NCBI GenBank assembly: GCA_902490325.1
Contig: CABUDJ010000001.1
Coordinates: 6,937-70,936 of the forward strand
Direction: 5' to 3'
Origin: an uncultured Collinsella sp.
GTDB taxonomy: Bacteria > Actinomycetota > Coriobacteriia > Coriobacteriales > Coriobacteriaceae
DNA length: 64,000 nucleotides
Part shown: positions 36,949 through 46,793 of the stretch, in pieces
Position numbering within the stretch: position 1 is the stretch's first letter
Layout of the letters: each line of letters starts with the position of its first letter
Notes under the pieces: model-generated
Seen by the model: only the letters and a program-made list of their open reading frames with translations
What the model was told of the DNA's origin: nothing
Database searches by the model: none
Program-made: the position numbers and the translations under genes

Positions 36949-37776
36949 CTATGCGCGCGTCAACGAAGACTCGATGGCCTGGACCAGAAACGCCGTGGCT
37001 CCGGTGGCGCAGGGCTTGTCGTAGTAGTCAACAAAGCGCTGGTCGGCAAGATAACCGTGGGCGAGGCCCAGGTACGCCTCGTCTTGGGGCTCGCATCCCC
37101 AGTTGAGAGCAATCCAGCGACGATGCATCGCGACAAGCTTACGAGCCTCGTTGCTCTCTGGGTCGCCAATGCCCATGGCAATTGAGAGCTGGCCCAGAAT
37201 AGCGCGTTCAAGTTCCTTCATGTCGTTCCATGTCTCGGGGTCCATGTCCAGCAACGCTTCGTTTGCTGCATCGATAGCCTCATCGCCGTAGCGCGCCCGC
37301 GCCTCGGCACCGTAGCGCGCCTCGTTTTCCTGCATGGTGCGCCAGCGCTCCAGTTGCGGCAGGACGGCGCCCATGAGCGAGACGGCTTCGTCGAGCGACA
37401 TGCCGGTGTTTTGTGCCAGGCGCGGGGCACAATCCTCAATCATTGCCTCCATGGTGGTGTCATAGGTGTACTTGCCGTGGTCGTAGCACCACTTGCAGTA
37501 ATGATCGGTCGCGGTGCCCGTGGCATCGGTGCCGCAGTCGTCGGGCGTGAGTATCATGCCGCAGCTCTGGCAATAGTGCTCAGGCATTTCGAGCAGGTGG
37601 GACAGCGGTTCTCCGGTTACGGCGGCGATGAGCTTCATCATGTCGATGCCCGGTGTGACCTCGCCGCGCTCCCACCGGCTGATGGCCTGGCGTGTGACGA
37701 AGAGCTTAGCGGCAAGCTGCTCTTGGGTAAGGTGATGGGCGCGACGGACAGCAATGAGCTTTTCTGCAAAGGCCAT
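36949..37776 (-). CDS. XRE-family HTH regulator fused to a zinc-ribbon and a TipAS-like C-terminal domain
   Basis: HTH is LTQEQLAAKLFVTRQAISRWERGE. The Cys motifs are CQSCG...CKWC. The C-terminal helical domain has RRWIALNWG...YLGLAHGYLADQRFVDYYD. RBS AAAGGAG. Confidence 0.75.
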   Translation of the reverse strand: MAFAEKLIAVRRAHHLTQEQLAAKLFVTRQAISRWERGEVTPGIDMMKLIAAVTGEPLSHLLEMPEHYCQSCGMILTPDDCGTDATGTATDHYCKWCYDHGKYTYDTTMEAMIEDCAPRLAQNTGMSLDEAVSLMGAVLPQLERWRTMQENEARYGAEARARYGDEAIDAANEALLDMDPETWNDMKELERAILGQLSIAMGIGDPESNEARKLVAMHRRWIALNWGCEPQDEAYLGLAHGYLADQRFVDYYDKPCATGATAFLVQAIESSLTRA

Positions 37777-37908
37777 AGCGGCTCCTTTCTGCTGGTTGAT
37801 GGCTTAAGCATACGCGGCGGCAGGCGCCCTTCCAAGCAACCGTTGGTTGCACGACGGGGGACCGCGGCGAAGAATTGCGCGCAACGCCCCACGCCTCCAT
37901 GCCGTACA

Positions 37909-38655
37909 ATGACCGGCATGGAACCTATCGCACGCATACATACCGACCTGCCGCAGAAGTTCGGCATTCCGCGCAACAGCTTTTTGGCGCCCCATCTGCA
38001 GGGACGAATCTTTTTTGAGCCGGAATTTGCCTCCAATGCAGCGGTTGAGGGCCTGGACTCCTTCTCTCACCTGTGGCTGCTGTGGCGCTTCGAAAACGGA
38101 ACGCCCGGCGGCACGGCTAAGGATATTGCCGTCGACGCTAAAACGCAGGACAGGTCCGGCACCAACGCAAAATGGTCGAAAACCGTGCGCCCGCCGCGTC
38201 TGGGCGGAGCCGAACGTGTGGGAGTGTTTGCCACGCGCAGTCCGTTTCGCCCTAATCCCATCGGGCTCACCTGCGTCAAGCTTGATCGTGTCGAGCTCAC
38301 CGACGATGGCCCCATCATCCATGTGTTGGGGGCCGACCTGCGCGACGGTACGCCCATCTACGACATCAAGCCCTACATTCCGTTTGCGGACTGCCACCCG
38401 GATGCGACCGGAGGCTGGATCGAGGATGCTCCGTGGCAAGAGCTCGATGTTGAGTTTCCGCAAGCACTGCAGGATATGGTCCCGCCCGCAAAGCTCCTCG
38501 GCTTGGTCGAGGTCCTTCGCCAAGACCCGCGCCGCGCGGGCAGCAAGCACGAGCCACACCGCGTCTATCATCTGGCTTACGCCGGGCTCGACATATCGTT
38601 TACGGTCGATGAAACCCAGCTAACCGTAGTTGCCGTCAACGACGCGCAAGACTAA
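37909..38655 (+). CDS. tsaA: tRNA (N6-threonylcarbamoyladenosine(37)-N6)-methyltransferase TrmO (TsaA/YaeB family)
   Basis: PIARIHTDLPQKFGIPRNS, HLWLLWRF, FATRSPFRPNPIGLTCVKL and GTPIYDIKPYIP. The start is either 37909 or 37918. Confidence 0.8.
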   Translation: MTGMEPIARIHTDLPQKFGIPRNSFLAPHLQGRIFFEPEFASNAAVEGLDSFSHLWLLWRFENGTPGGTAKDIAVDAKTQDRSGTNAKWSKTVRPPRLGGAERVGVFATRSPFRPNPIGLTCVKLDRVELTDDGPIIHVLGADLRDGTPIYDIKPYIPFADCHPDATGGWIEDAPWQELDVEFPQALQDMVPPAKLLGLVEVLRQDPRRAGSKHEPHRVYHLAYAGLDISFTVDETQLTVVAVNDAQD

Positions 38656-38767
38656 CCAGCCATTCGTCCGCACCCGTCAAATTAAGCGCCAAACCCCGCG
38701 CCAAAACCGCCCACGCTGGTGGACAATAACGCCTACCAAAACAATCAACTTTGCACGGGAGTCCAGC

Positions 38768-39982
38768 ATGAAATACGACTTCACTTCAATCATCGACCGC
38801 CACGGCATGGACGCCATCGCCGTTGACTCTTGGGGTGAGATCCCCGGTATGGCCCCGAACGCACCCGACGAGGGCTTCGACCGCATTCCCATGTGGGTGG
38901 CCGACATGAACTTTGCCACTGTGCCCACGGTCCAGGAACACATCATTCAGCGCGCCCAGCACCCCATGTTTGGCTATTTCAATCCGCGCTCCGAGTATTT
39001 CGACCGCATCATCGAATGGCAGAGCCGCCGCAATGGCGTCGAGGGCCTGCGCCCTGAACATATCGGTTACGAAAACGGCGTGCTGGGCGGTGTCGTGTCG
39101 ACGCTGCGCGCGTATGTCCAGCCGGGCGATGCGGTGCTGGTCCACAGCCCCACCTACATCGGCTTTACCAAGTCCATTGAGGCCGCGGGCTATCGTATTG
39201 TCCATAGCCCGCTTAAGCTCGACGATCAGGGCGTGTGGCGCATGGACTTTGAGGACATGGAGTGCAAACTCGCCCAAAACCACATCCATGCCGCGGTGTT
39301 CTGCTCGCCGCACAATCCCTGCGGCCGCGTATGGGAGCGCGACGAAATCGAGCGCGCCATGGACATCTATCGCCAGCACGATTGCGTGGTGATATCGGAC
39401 GAGATTTGGCCCGATATCATCCTGCCGGGGCACTAGCACATCCCGACGCAGTCGGTGAGCGAGGATGCCCGCATGCGCACGGTTGCCCTCTATGCGCCGA
39501 GCAAGACGTTTAACCTGGCGGGCCTTGTCGGCAGCTACCACATTGTCTACAACGAGACGCTGCGTGACCGCATCTGCGCCGTGTCCAACAAGACCCACTA
39601 CAACGAGATGAATGTCCTCTCCATGCATGCGCTTATCGGTGCCTACCAGCCGCAGGGCTACGAGTGGGTGGACGAGCTCAACCAGGTGCTTGCCGGCAAT
39701 ATCGAGTACTTCTGCGATTACGTGGACGGGCATTTTGAGGGCGTGTCCTATTCGCGTCCGCAGGGCACGTACATGGTGTTTCTGGACTGCACCGAGTGGT
39801 GTCGCGAGCATGGCCGCGATATTCAGTGGCTGCTCGACGAGGGGGCGCGCGTGGGCGTGGGATATCAGGACGGCCGCCCGTTCCACGGGCCCTGCCACAT
39901 TCGCGTGAATCTGGCGCTGCCGCTTTCGCGCGTAAAGGAAGCGTGCGACCGCCTGGACCGCTACGTTTTTAATGCACGGTAA
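38768..39982 (+). pseudogene. PatB/MalY-type PLP-dependent C-S lyase (aminotransferase class I/II) interrupted by one in-frame TAG (39434-39436)
   Basis: A full-length collinear reading frame is split as ...DEIWPDIILPGH*HIPTQSVSEDARMRTVALYAPSKTFNLAG. The PLP-lysine motif SKTFN lies after the stop. The two track ORFs (38630-39436 and 39455-39982) are in the same frame. Confidence 0.8.
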
Positions 39983-40126
39983 GTGAGCACTGCATGCGGG
40001 GCCTTCTGCCAAGTCGGCTGGAAGGCCCCACATGGTAAAACGTCTGTAGCCATTGGGCACTCGTGTGGTTTTGTTTGCTATTATTTTTTACCATTTCAGT
40101 CTGTAAACAGGATCGTATGGAGCTCG

Positions 40127-40996
40127 ATGAAAAGGTCCCGTCGCTCGGTTGCCATTTCGTTGTTTGTTGCGCTTGCGGTAGCGTGCGCCTTTGTCGTAGC
40201 GATAGCCGGCTGTTCCGGGTCGAATGGCAGAGCCTCGACGTCTGCATTAGAAGGCCTGGATGCCTCGCAGGCCAAAGACGACAACCTTAAGACGCTCAAC
40301 GTCGGCAGCGACCTCTATCCACCGTTTGTGTATACCGACGAGTACGGCGATATCGTTGGCCTGGATGTCGAGATATTGACCGAGGCTTTGACTCGCATTG
40401 GTTACAAGCCAAAATACCAGCTGATCGACTGGGAAAAGAAGAAGGAGCTGCTGGCGAGCGGCGAACTCGATTGTGTCATGGGCAGCTTTAGTATGACGGG
40501 TCGCGAAAACGAATATCGTTGGGCCGGCCCGTACCTTGCGAGCCGCCAGGTGGTCGCGGTCGATCCCCAGAGCGATATCTACACGCTTGCCGATCTTGAG
40601 GATAAGATCGTGGCGGTTCAGTCCACCACCAAGCCCGAGGACATTTTGCTCAATCGCATAAATGAAAACGTTCCGCAGATCAAGGAACTCTACAGCTTTT
40701 CGGACGGTTCATACCTGAACCCGGCGCTCGTCGAGGGCCTGGTCGACGCTATCGCCGCGCATGAGTCCTCGTTCCTCACCTACGAAAAAGACTATGGTGT
40801 GGCATATCGCATTTTGGATGAGCCGCTGCTAGAGGTCGGTTTGGGCACCGCTTTCGATATCAACGATACGCGTGGCATCGACGTCAAGCTCACTCATGCC
40901 TACCAAGAAATGCTTGCCGATGGCACCATGGAACGCCTGGTGTCAAAGTACTTCGATGACCCTTCGCCATTTTTGAATATGGAGGGCCTGTCATGA
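40127..40996 (+). CDS. family-3 solute-binding lipoprotein (amino-acid ABC-type SBP fold)
   Basis: Signal peptide with lipobox IAGC. SBP_bac_3-like sequence LNVGSDLYPPFVYTDEYGDIVGLDVEI...DWEKKKELLASGELDCVMG. Its stop overlaps the next gene's start (ATGA). Confidence 0.8.
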   Translation: MKRSRRSVAISLFVALAVACAFVVAIAGCSGSNGRASTSALEGLDASQAKDDNLKTLNVGSDLYPPFVYTDEYGDIVGLDVEILTEALTRIGYKPKYQLIDWEKKKELLASGELDCVMGSFSMTGRENEYRWAGPYLASRQVVAVDPQSDIYTLADLEDKIVAVQSTTKPEDILLNRINENVPQIKELYSFSDGSYLNPALVEGLVDAIAAHESSFLTYEKDYGVAYRILDEPLLEVGLGTAFDINDTRGIDVKLTHAYQEMLADGTMERLVSKYFDDPSPFLNMEGLS

Positions 40997-43185
40997 TCGA
41001 TGCGCCCGACCACGCCGCTCAGGAGCGGGACAATCGTTCGACAGGGGCATGGCTCCTTGTCGCTCTGCTGGGGATAGCGCTCTCGGTTGTTGCCGGCATG
41101 ATGAGCTACGATTACACGACGGCCCAAGCCGAGCAGCGCTTTGCCGACGTTGTCGATTACGTGGCGACGCAGAGCCTTTCCTACGATGCATTCAACAGCG
41201 CCTATACGACCAAAAACCTGATACGCGTTATGGAAATCGCCGGAGAGGCTGCCCGCGATATGGAGCGCGACGGTTCGGTGGATAACGCCATGCTGGAGCA
41301 ATACGCCGACCAGTTCAACGTGAGCGCGCTGATCGTGACGGACGCATCGGGCAATTTGGTGTCCGAGTCCTCGACGGGCGATGTGGACTACGGGTCGCTC
41401 GCTACGTATCTCAAAGAATCACCCGTGCTGGAGGTGGCAACTCATCCGCTTAAGTCCTATACCGCCCGCATCACGCTTGCGGATGATTCGGTCGCAGACA
41501 TTGGCTGCGTGACTCGGCAGGATGGCGAGGGCATCGTTATCGCGGTAAGGCATCAGAGCGCGAAAGCGGTTGCAAGCAATACACTCAAACTGCAGAGCTT
41601 GCTTGATGGCTATGAAACCATCGATAGCGGCAATATCGTGATCGAAAGCGACGGCAAGGTCGTTGCGACCAATGCCGTTGAACCCACCGTATTGGGCGTG
41701 TTCGATCTGCCTGCGACGGATGTCTTTATTGTCGACGGTATTAAGGATCGATGCCTGGCTGGTAAGGTCAGATTGGTTAACGCCGACGGCGAGTGGTATT
41801 TGGGCACATTTGGAAAAGCGCACAAATTCTATGTGTACACCTATGCCTCGGCGCAGCGCTACTTTGAGGTCGCCGCGGCTGTTGCCGCCGGCGTGCTGGT
41901 ACTCTACGGCGGTGTTATAGCCGTTGTTGTGACGGTGCGTCGCCGCGCTGATCGTCGACGTTTGACGGACTTGCTGCAGCAGGAGCGCGACTATGGCGAC
42001 AAGCTGGCAAAGGCGGCGCGTGAGGCCTCGTCTGCCAACTCGGCAAAGACGGAGTTTCTGCGTCGCATGAGCCACGATCTGCGCACGCCCATCAACGGCA
42101 TTCGCGGCATGGTCGAGGTTGGCGATGCCAATGCGGACGATCTGCAAAAGCAGACTGAGTGCCGCTCAAAAATCTGGACGGCATCGGGACTGCTGCTCGA
42201 CCTTGCCAACGAGGCGCTCGATATGAGTCGCCTGGAGAGCGGGCAGGTCGACCTGAACCTCGTGCCCATAAATTTGGTGGCCCTCAACTGTGAAGTGCGC
42301 GATATTCTGGAGCGCCAGGCCGAGGAGCGTCTGGTGACAATTATCTCCGACCAGCAGACGCTTAATCATCCCTATGCGCGGGTGAGCGTGACGCACCTCA
42401 AGCGTTTGTTGCTCAATATTGCCGGCAATGCCGTCAAGTACAACCGCCAGGGCGGCTATGTCCGCCTGGTGTGCCGCGAGGTGGAGCCAGCGGATGGCGT
42501 CCCCGTCTATGAATACACGATCGCCGACAACGGTATTGGCATGAGCGAGGAGTTCCAAAAGCACCTCTACGAGCCGTTTTGCCGCGAGGAGCAGCAGGTG
42601 GAAGGCGCTTCGTCGGGAACTGGCCTGGGCGCGCCTATCGCAAAACAGCTGGTCGAGCTTATGGGCGGAACCATGAGTTTTACGAGCGTCTTGGGGCAGG
42701 GGACGACGTTTACCATCCGCCTGCCGTTCGAGAAATGCAAACGCTCCGAGATTCCTCAGGCAGTTCGCGTGGACGCGGGAGACGGCGATGCACTCCAGGG
42801 CTTGCGCGTTTTGCTCGTAGAGGATAACGATCTGAATGCCGAGATCGCGCAGTTTACGCTCAGCCGTGCCGGTGCCGTCGTGACACACGCTAGGGATGGT
42901 GAGTCTGCCGTCGAGATGTTTGCCGCGAGCGTGCCGCACGAGTACGACGTGGTGTTGATGGACATCATGATGCCGGGCATCGATGGCCTTGAGGCCACAC
43001 GTCAGATTCGAGCACTCGATCGCGAGGATGCCGCGACCACGCCGATTATCGCCGTGAGCGCCAACGCCTTTGCCGACGACCGCAGGCTTTCGCGTGAGGC
43101 GGGCATGAACGCGCACCTGAGTAAACCCGTGAGCTCGCAGGAGCTCATTGAGGCGTTTGCGCACATAGCCGCCGACGCTCTATAA
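40993..43185 (+). CDS. hybrid sensor histidine kinase / response regulator
   Basis: N-terminal TM helix and extracytoplasmic domain. HisKA FLRRMSHDLRTPINGIRG, HATPase GTGLGAPIAKQLVELMGG and C-terminal REC VLLVEDNDLN...DVVLMDIMMPGIDG. Confidence 0.9.
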   Translation: MIDAPDHAAQERDNRSTGAWLLVALLGIALSVVAGMMSYDYTTAQAEQRFADVVDYVATQSLSYDAFNSAYTTKNLIRVMEIAGEAARDMERDGSVDNAMLEQYADQFNVSALIVTDASGNLVSESSTGDVDYGSLATYLKESPVLEVATHPLKSYTARITLADDSVADIGCVTRQDGEGIVIAVRHQSAKAVASNTLKLQSLLDGYETIDSGNIVIESDGKVVATNAVEPTVLGVFDLPATDVFIVDGIKDRCLAGKVRLVNADGEWYLGTFGKAHKFYVYTYASAQRYFEVAAAVAAGVLVLYGGVIAVVVTVRRRADRRRLTDLLQQERDYGDKLAKAAREASSANSAKTEFLRRMSHDLRTPINGIRGMVEVGDANADDLQKQTECRSKIWTASGLLLDLANEALDMSRLESGQVDLNLVPINLVALNCEVRDILERQAEERLVTIISDQQTLNHPYARVSVTHLKRLLLNIAGNAVKYNRQGGYVRLVCREVEPADGVPVYEYTIADNGIGMSEEFQKHLYEPFCREEQQVEGASSGTGLGAPIAKQLVELMGGTMSFTSVLGQGTTFTIRLPFEKCKRSEIPQAVRVDAGDGDALQGLRVLLVEDNDLNAEIAQFTLSRAGAVVTHARDGESAVEMFAASVPHEYDVVLMDIMMPGIDGLEATRQIRALDREDAATTPIIAVSANAFADDRRLSREAGMNAHLSKPVSSQELIEAFAHIAADAL

Positions 43186-43187
43186 GC

Positions 43188-43227
43188 ATATGGCCTGGTT
43201 CCAAGGTGGGTTGGAACCAGGCCATAT
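43188..43227. terminator. bidirectional hairpin terminator
   Basis: ATATGGCCTGGTTCCAA-GGTGGG-TTGGAACCAGGCCATAT forms a perfect 17-bp stem between convergent genes. Confidence 0.75.
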
Positions 43228-43254
43228 TGTTATTGATGAGGCCTGCTGAGGGGC

Positions 43255-43734
43255 TTACTTTTCCTGAATCTGCTTGCCGCAGAGATGCTCAATCGTAATC
43301 TCGTAGAGCTGGACGCCCTTAATGTCCTTGGCGATTTCCTCTTCGACTTCCTCGGCGGAAGGGTAGTACTTAAGGGCGAGCTGGCGGACTTTGTCCTCGA
43401 TAAACGCGGGAGTGTCGTTCGCCAGGCGACAGCGGCCAAAGACCACGGTACTCATAACGTAGGGAGCCCAGTCGCCGTCCCGGTACCACTCGTTGCCGTA
43501 AACGGTAAAGCAGACCTTGTCATCGCGCTTGAGTGCGTCGACCTTGTGGCCAGCCTTGGCGCCATGGAAATAAATCTTGTCGCGCTCGGCGTCAAAGAAG
43601 TAGTTGACGGGGATGGCGTACGGGTAGCCATCGTCACCGTTGACGGCAAAGACGCCGCGCTTGCAGGTAGCGAGCAGTTCGCGCGCTTCCTCGTCAGTGA
43701 TGGCGCGTTTCTTTCGACGTAAGGGCCTAAACAT
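43255..43734 (-). CDS. pyridoxamine 5'-phosphate oxidase family (FMN-binding split-barrel) protein
   Basis: GVFAVNGDDGYPYAIPVNYFFD...IYFHGAKAGHK. RBS AAAGGA. Confidence 0.8.
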   Translation of the reverse strand: MFRPLRRKKRAITDEEARELLATCKRGVFAVNGDDGYPYAIPVNYFFDAERDKIYFHGAKAGHKVDALKRDDKVCFTVYGNEWYRDGDWAPYVMSTVVFGRCRLANDTPAFIEDKVRQLALKYYPSAEEVEEEIAKDIKGVQLYEITIEHLCGKQIQEK

Positions 43735-43775
43735 CGTTGGCGTCCTTTCTGCTGCGTATGGTTGTTGAGCACAAA

Positions 43776-46613
43776 CTATAGCGAAACGGACCCGTTTTTC
43801 TTGATGCGGGCGAGTATGTTTTTGAGCTTGTTAAAGTCGAGCGGTTTGGACAAATGGGCGTTCATGCCGGCATCGTGTGCCGCCTTGGCGTCCTCGGCAA
43901 AGGCATTGGCGGTGAGCGCGATGATGGGGATATCGGCTGCATCGACCTTCTCGCTCAGACGAATCGTGCGGGTTGCCTCATAGCCGTCCATGCCCGGCAT
44001 CATAATGTCCATCAGGATCGCATCGAAGCTGCCGGCGGGATGCGACAGGTACAGATCGACGACCTCGTTGCCGTTGGCGGCGCGGGTGACCACGACGCCC
44101 TCGGATTCTAGCAGCGTCTGGGCAATCTCGGCATTCAATTCGTTGTCTTCGGCGAGCAGCACGTTCATGTCGGCGAGCGAGCAGTCGGGCGCACTCTCAA
44201 CCGTATTCGCCCGCGCCTGGGGATTCTCGTCGATATCGAGCGGAATCTCCACGTAGAACGAGGTGCCCACATGGAGCTCACTGGTGACTTCGATGGTGCC
44301 GCCCATCAGTTCAATAAGCGACTTGACGATTGGCATGCCCATGCCGGTTCCTTGGAACTTGCTGCGCGCATCGTCACCTTCTTGGGCAAACGGCTCATAG
44401 ATATGCTTTAAAAACTTGGGAGTCATGCCAATGCCGGTATCCGAAACGCTAAAGCAAAAGAGCGCGCGCCCGTTATCGAGTGGCTTGGTCTTTGAACTAA
44501 AGGTGACGGAGCCGCCGTGCTTGTTGTACTTAATGCTGTTGTCTAACAGGTTGATCATGATCTGTCGGATATGGGTGGGACTGCCGATCATGTATGGCCC
44601 CGTGGCGTACGGCAGACTATTGTCCTGCATGGTGATGCCGTTACTGGACGCGCGGAGCTTGCACAGCACCAGTGTATCGTCACAGAGCTCTTTGAGGTTA
44701 AAAGGCGTATGCTCCAGTGTTAGCTTGCGGTCTTCGATTTTGCCCATCTCGAGGATGTCGTTGATCAGCGAGAGCAGGTGATTGGCGGCAACGCGCGCCT
44801 TGGCACGGCTCTCGCGGGCGACCTGGATATCGCCTTCCTTCAATTCCTCGATCTCGATAAGGCCCAGGATACCGTTGAGCGGCGTACGGATGTCGTGGCT
44901 CATACGCGTGAGGAATGCCGTCTTAGCGGCGTTGGCAGCATCGGCTTTTTTGCGCTCGGTTCGAGCGCGCACGAGTGCCCAGATGAGCAGGACGATGCCG
45001 ACCGACAACATACCGATGAGGGTAGCGGCAATGGCGGTGCGGTTGCGAAAAAGGAATTGAAGCGTGTCTGATTCCTGGGTCGTGTACGACGTGGATGAGT
45101 AATTGCTTGCGGAGAGCGATTCTCCGGCATTGATGATGCCCTTGTTGATGATTCCCAGCAGCTCGGGCTTTCCGCGCGAAATCCAGCACGAGAGCTCACA
45201 GGTGTCAGGGAGCTCGACCGTCTCGTAGTCCTTGAGATCATGACGGTCGCCGATGGTTTTTATGCGTGAGCTGGGAGCGACGATGCAGTGCGCCGTTCCC
45301 TTTCTGAGGGCGTCGAACGCTTCATCGTCGGATTGGTATTCGGTCACGGTCGCTGTGGGGAACAGGCTTTCAAGTGCATTTTTGTTGACAAACGATGATT
45401 TGGTACAGGCGATGTTCTGAAGGTCTTTGTTCAGGTCGCTGCCGGTGTGGATGGCGGTGAGGGATATGGTCCCCAACGATACCGACTGCACAACGCCTGA
45501 TTGCTCGGCAAACCAGTAATCTCGGTATACCGGCAGCACAACGTCTATGCTTCCCTTTGACAGGGCCTTTGACATCATCTTGTAGCTATCAAAGGCGACG
45601 GTTTTGACCGTAATGCCAAATTTATCGTGCAACGTCGTCGCAAGCGATGCGAGCGAGCCTTCCATTTCGCCGTTTTCGTCTTCGTTGCAGTAGGGGAGTC
45701 TGCCTGTAATGTAGCCGAGCGTGATGGTGTTGTCATTTGTTTTGAGCCAGGAACGTTCGGGGCCGTTGAGCGATGATGAACCGCTGTTTTGGGCCGAGTA
45801 GTTAGATTTGACTTCGTCGATATAGCGTGGGTTGACGCGGGCGATTGCCGACATGGCGGCATTGATGTCGTCCATCAGGTCGGGGCGGCTTTTGGGGACG
45901 GCAAAAAAGTAGTCGCTCGAACCAATGTAGAACATGGGGGAGGCGCTGGGCGACGAGGTCGTGTCGTTCATGATGATGGCATCGACCTCGTTGTTTGCGA
46001 GCGCGTCAAAGAGGGCACCGCCAGTGTCGATTTCTTTATAGGTGCAGGTAATGCCTTCGTTGGCGAGCCACTGCTGGCCAACGAAGGTTTGCATAACGTC
46101 GGGGTTGCAGCCGATGGTAAGGCCTTGGAGCGCCCGGGGGTCACCCTTGGCCAGATCGTCGCGATCGGGCTTGGCGTAGATGAAGTAGCGCTCGGTGCCC
46201 TCGGGGTTCGAGGAAAAGAGCAGCTTTTGGGCGCGTTCCTCGGAGTAGGAGATGTTGGGCATGAGGTCGATCTCGCCCGCCTCGAGCATGTCCATAAGCT
46301 CGGTGAAGGTGCCGGAGACGTATTCGTACCGCCAGCCGGGCGTGTAGTATGACAGCGTCTGCAGGTAGTCATAACCCCAGCCCGAGAGACGCTCGCCGGG
46401 GGTGCCGTCCTGGAAGCCTTCGTTGTTGATAAGCCAGCCAACGCGGACCGTCTTGACCTGCTGGTCAGAGTCGGCGGCAAAGGCGGGGACGGGTATGACG
46501 GCGCTCAGTACGGCGAACGCAGCAAGCGCGACGGCCAGGGTGCGACATATAACTGAACGAAGGACAGCGGAAGCTCTCACGTGCAATCCTAACGAATCGA
46601 GACAATACCGCAT
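43776..46613 (-). CDS. hybrid sensor histidine kinase with two periplasmic SBP_bac_3-like domains and a C-terminal receiver
   Basis: Signal/TM segment, then two solute-binding-like repeats, then a TM helix. HisKA FLTRMSHDIRTPLNGILG, HATPase GTGMGMPIVKSLIELMGG and REC VLLAEDNELN...DAILMDIMMPGMDG. Confidence 0.9.
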   Translation of the reverse strand: MRYCLDSLGLHVRASAVLRSVICRTLAVALAAFAVLSAVIPVPAFAADSDQQVKTVRVGWLINNEGFQDGTPGERLSGWGYDYLQTLSYYTPGWRYEYVSGTFTELMDMLEAGEIDLMPNISYSEERAQKLLFSSNPEGTERYFIYAKPDRDDLAKGDPRALQGLTIGCNPDVMQTFVGQQWLANEGITCTYKEIDTGGALFDALANNEVDAIIMNDTTSSPSASPMFYIGSSDYFFAVPKSRPDLMDDINAAMSAIARVNPRYIDEVKSNYSAQNSGSSSLNGPERSWLKTNDNTITLGYITGRLPYCNEDENGEMEGSLASLATTLHDKFGITVKTVAFDSYKMMSKALSKGSIDVVLPVYRDYWFAEQSGVVQSVSLGTISLTAIHTGSDLNKDLQNIACTKSSFVNKNALESLFPTATVTEYQSDDEAFDALRKGTAHCIVAPSSRIKTIGDRHDLKDYETVELPDTCELSCWISRGKPELLGIINKGIINAGESLSASNYSSTSYTTQESDTLQFLFRNRTAIAATLIGMLSVGIVLLIWALVRARTERKKADAANAAKTAFLTRMSHDIRTPLNGILGLIEIEELKEGDIQVARESRAKARVAANHLLSLINDILEMGKIEDRKLTLEHTPFNLKELCDDTLVLCKLRASSNGITMQDNSLPYATGPYMIGSPTHIRQIMINLLDNSIKYNKHGGSVTFSSKTKPLDNGRALFCFSVSDTGIGMTPKFLKHIYEPFAQEGDDARSKFQGTGMGMPIVKSLIELMGGTIEVTSELHVGTSFYVEIPLDIDENPQARANTVESAPDCSLADMNVLLAEDNELNAEIAQTLLESEGVVVTRAANGNEVVDLYLSHPAGSFDAILMDIMMPGMDGYEATRTIRLSEKVDAADIPIIALTANAFAEDAKAAHDAGMNAHLSKPLDFNKLKNILARIKKNGSVSL

Positions 46614-46667
46614 AAGGATACCAGCTCAGCCTGCCCAGTCGGCCGCCGCACCGCTAAACGGTCCCGT

Positions 46668-46743
46668 CCGGCAGTTGGGGACAGTCCCTTTCTGCCGGCA
46701 CAAAAGGAACGTCCCTAACTGCCGGTTGCCTAACTGCCGGTTG
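46668..46743. repeat. cluster of CTGCCGG-core motifs, including a tandem 15-mer, in a divergent intergenic region
   Basis: CCTAACTGCCGGTTG occurs twice in tandem (46714-46728 and 46729-46743). An inverted partial copy CCGGCAGTT is at 46668-46676, and CTGCCGG is at 46692-46698. The GGGACAGTCCC palindrome core is at 46677-46690. Confidence 0.6.
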
Positions 46744-46793
46744 TGGGACAATACCGAGCAAACGTGATTGGGCGTCTGGGAAAAGGGGTCGAG

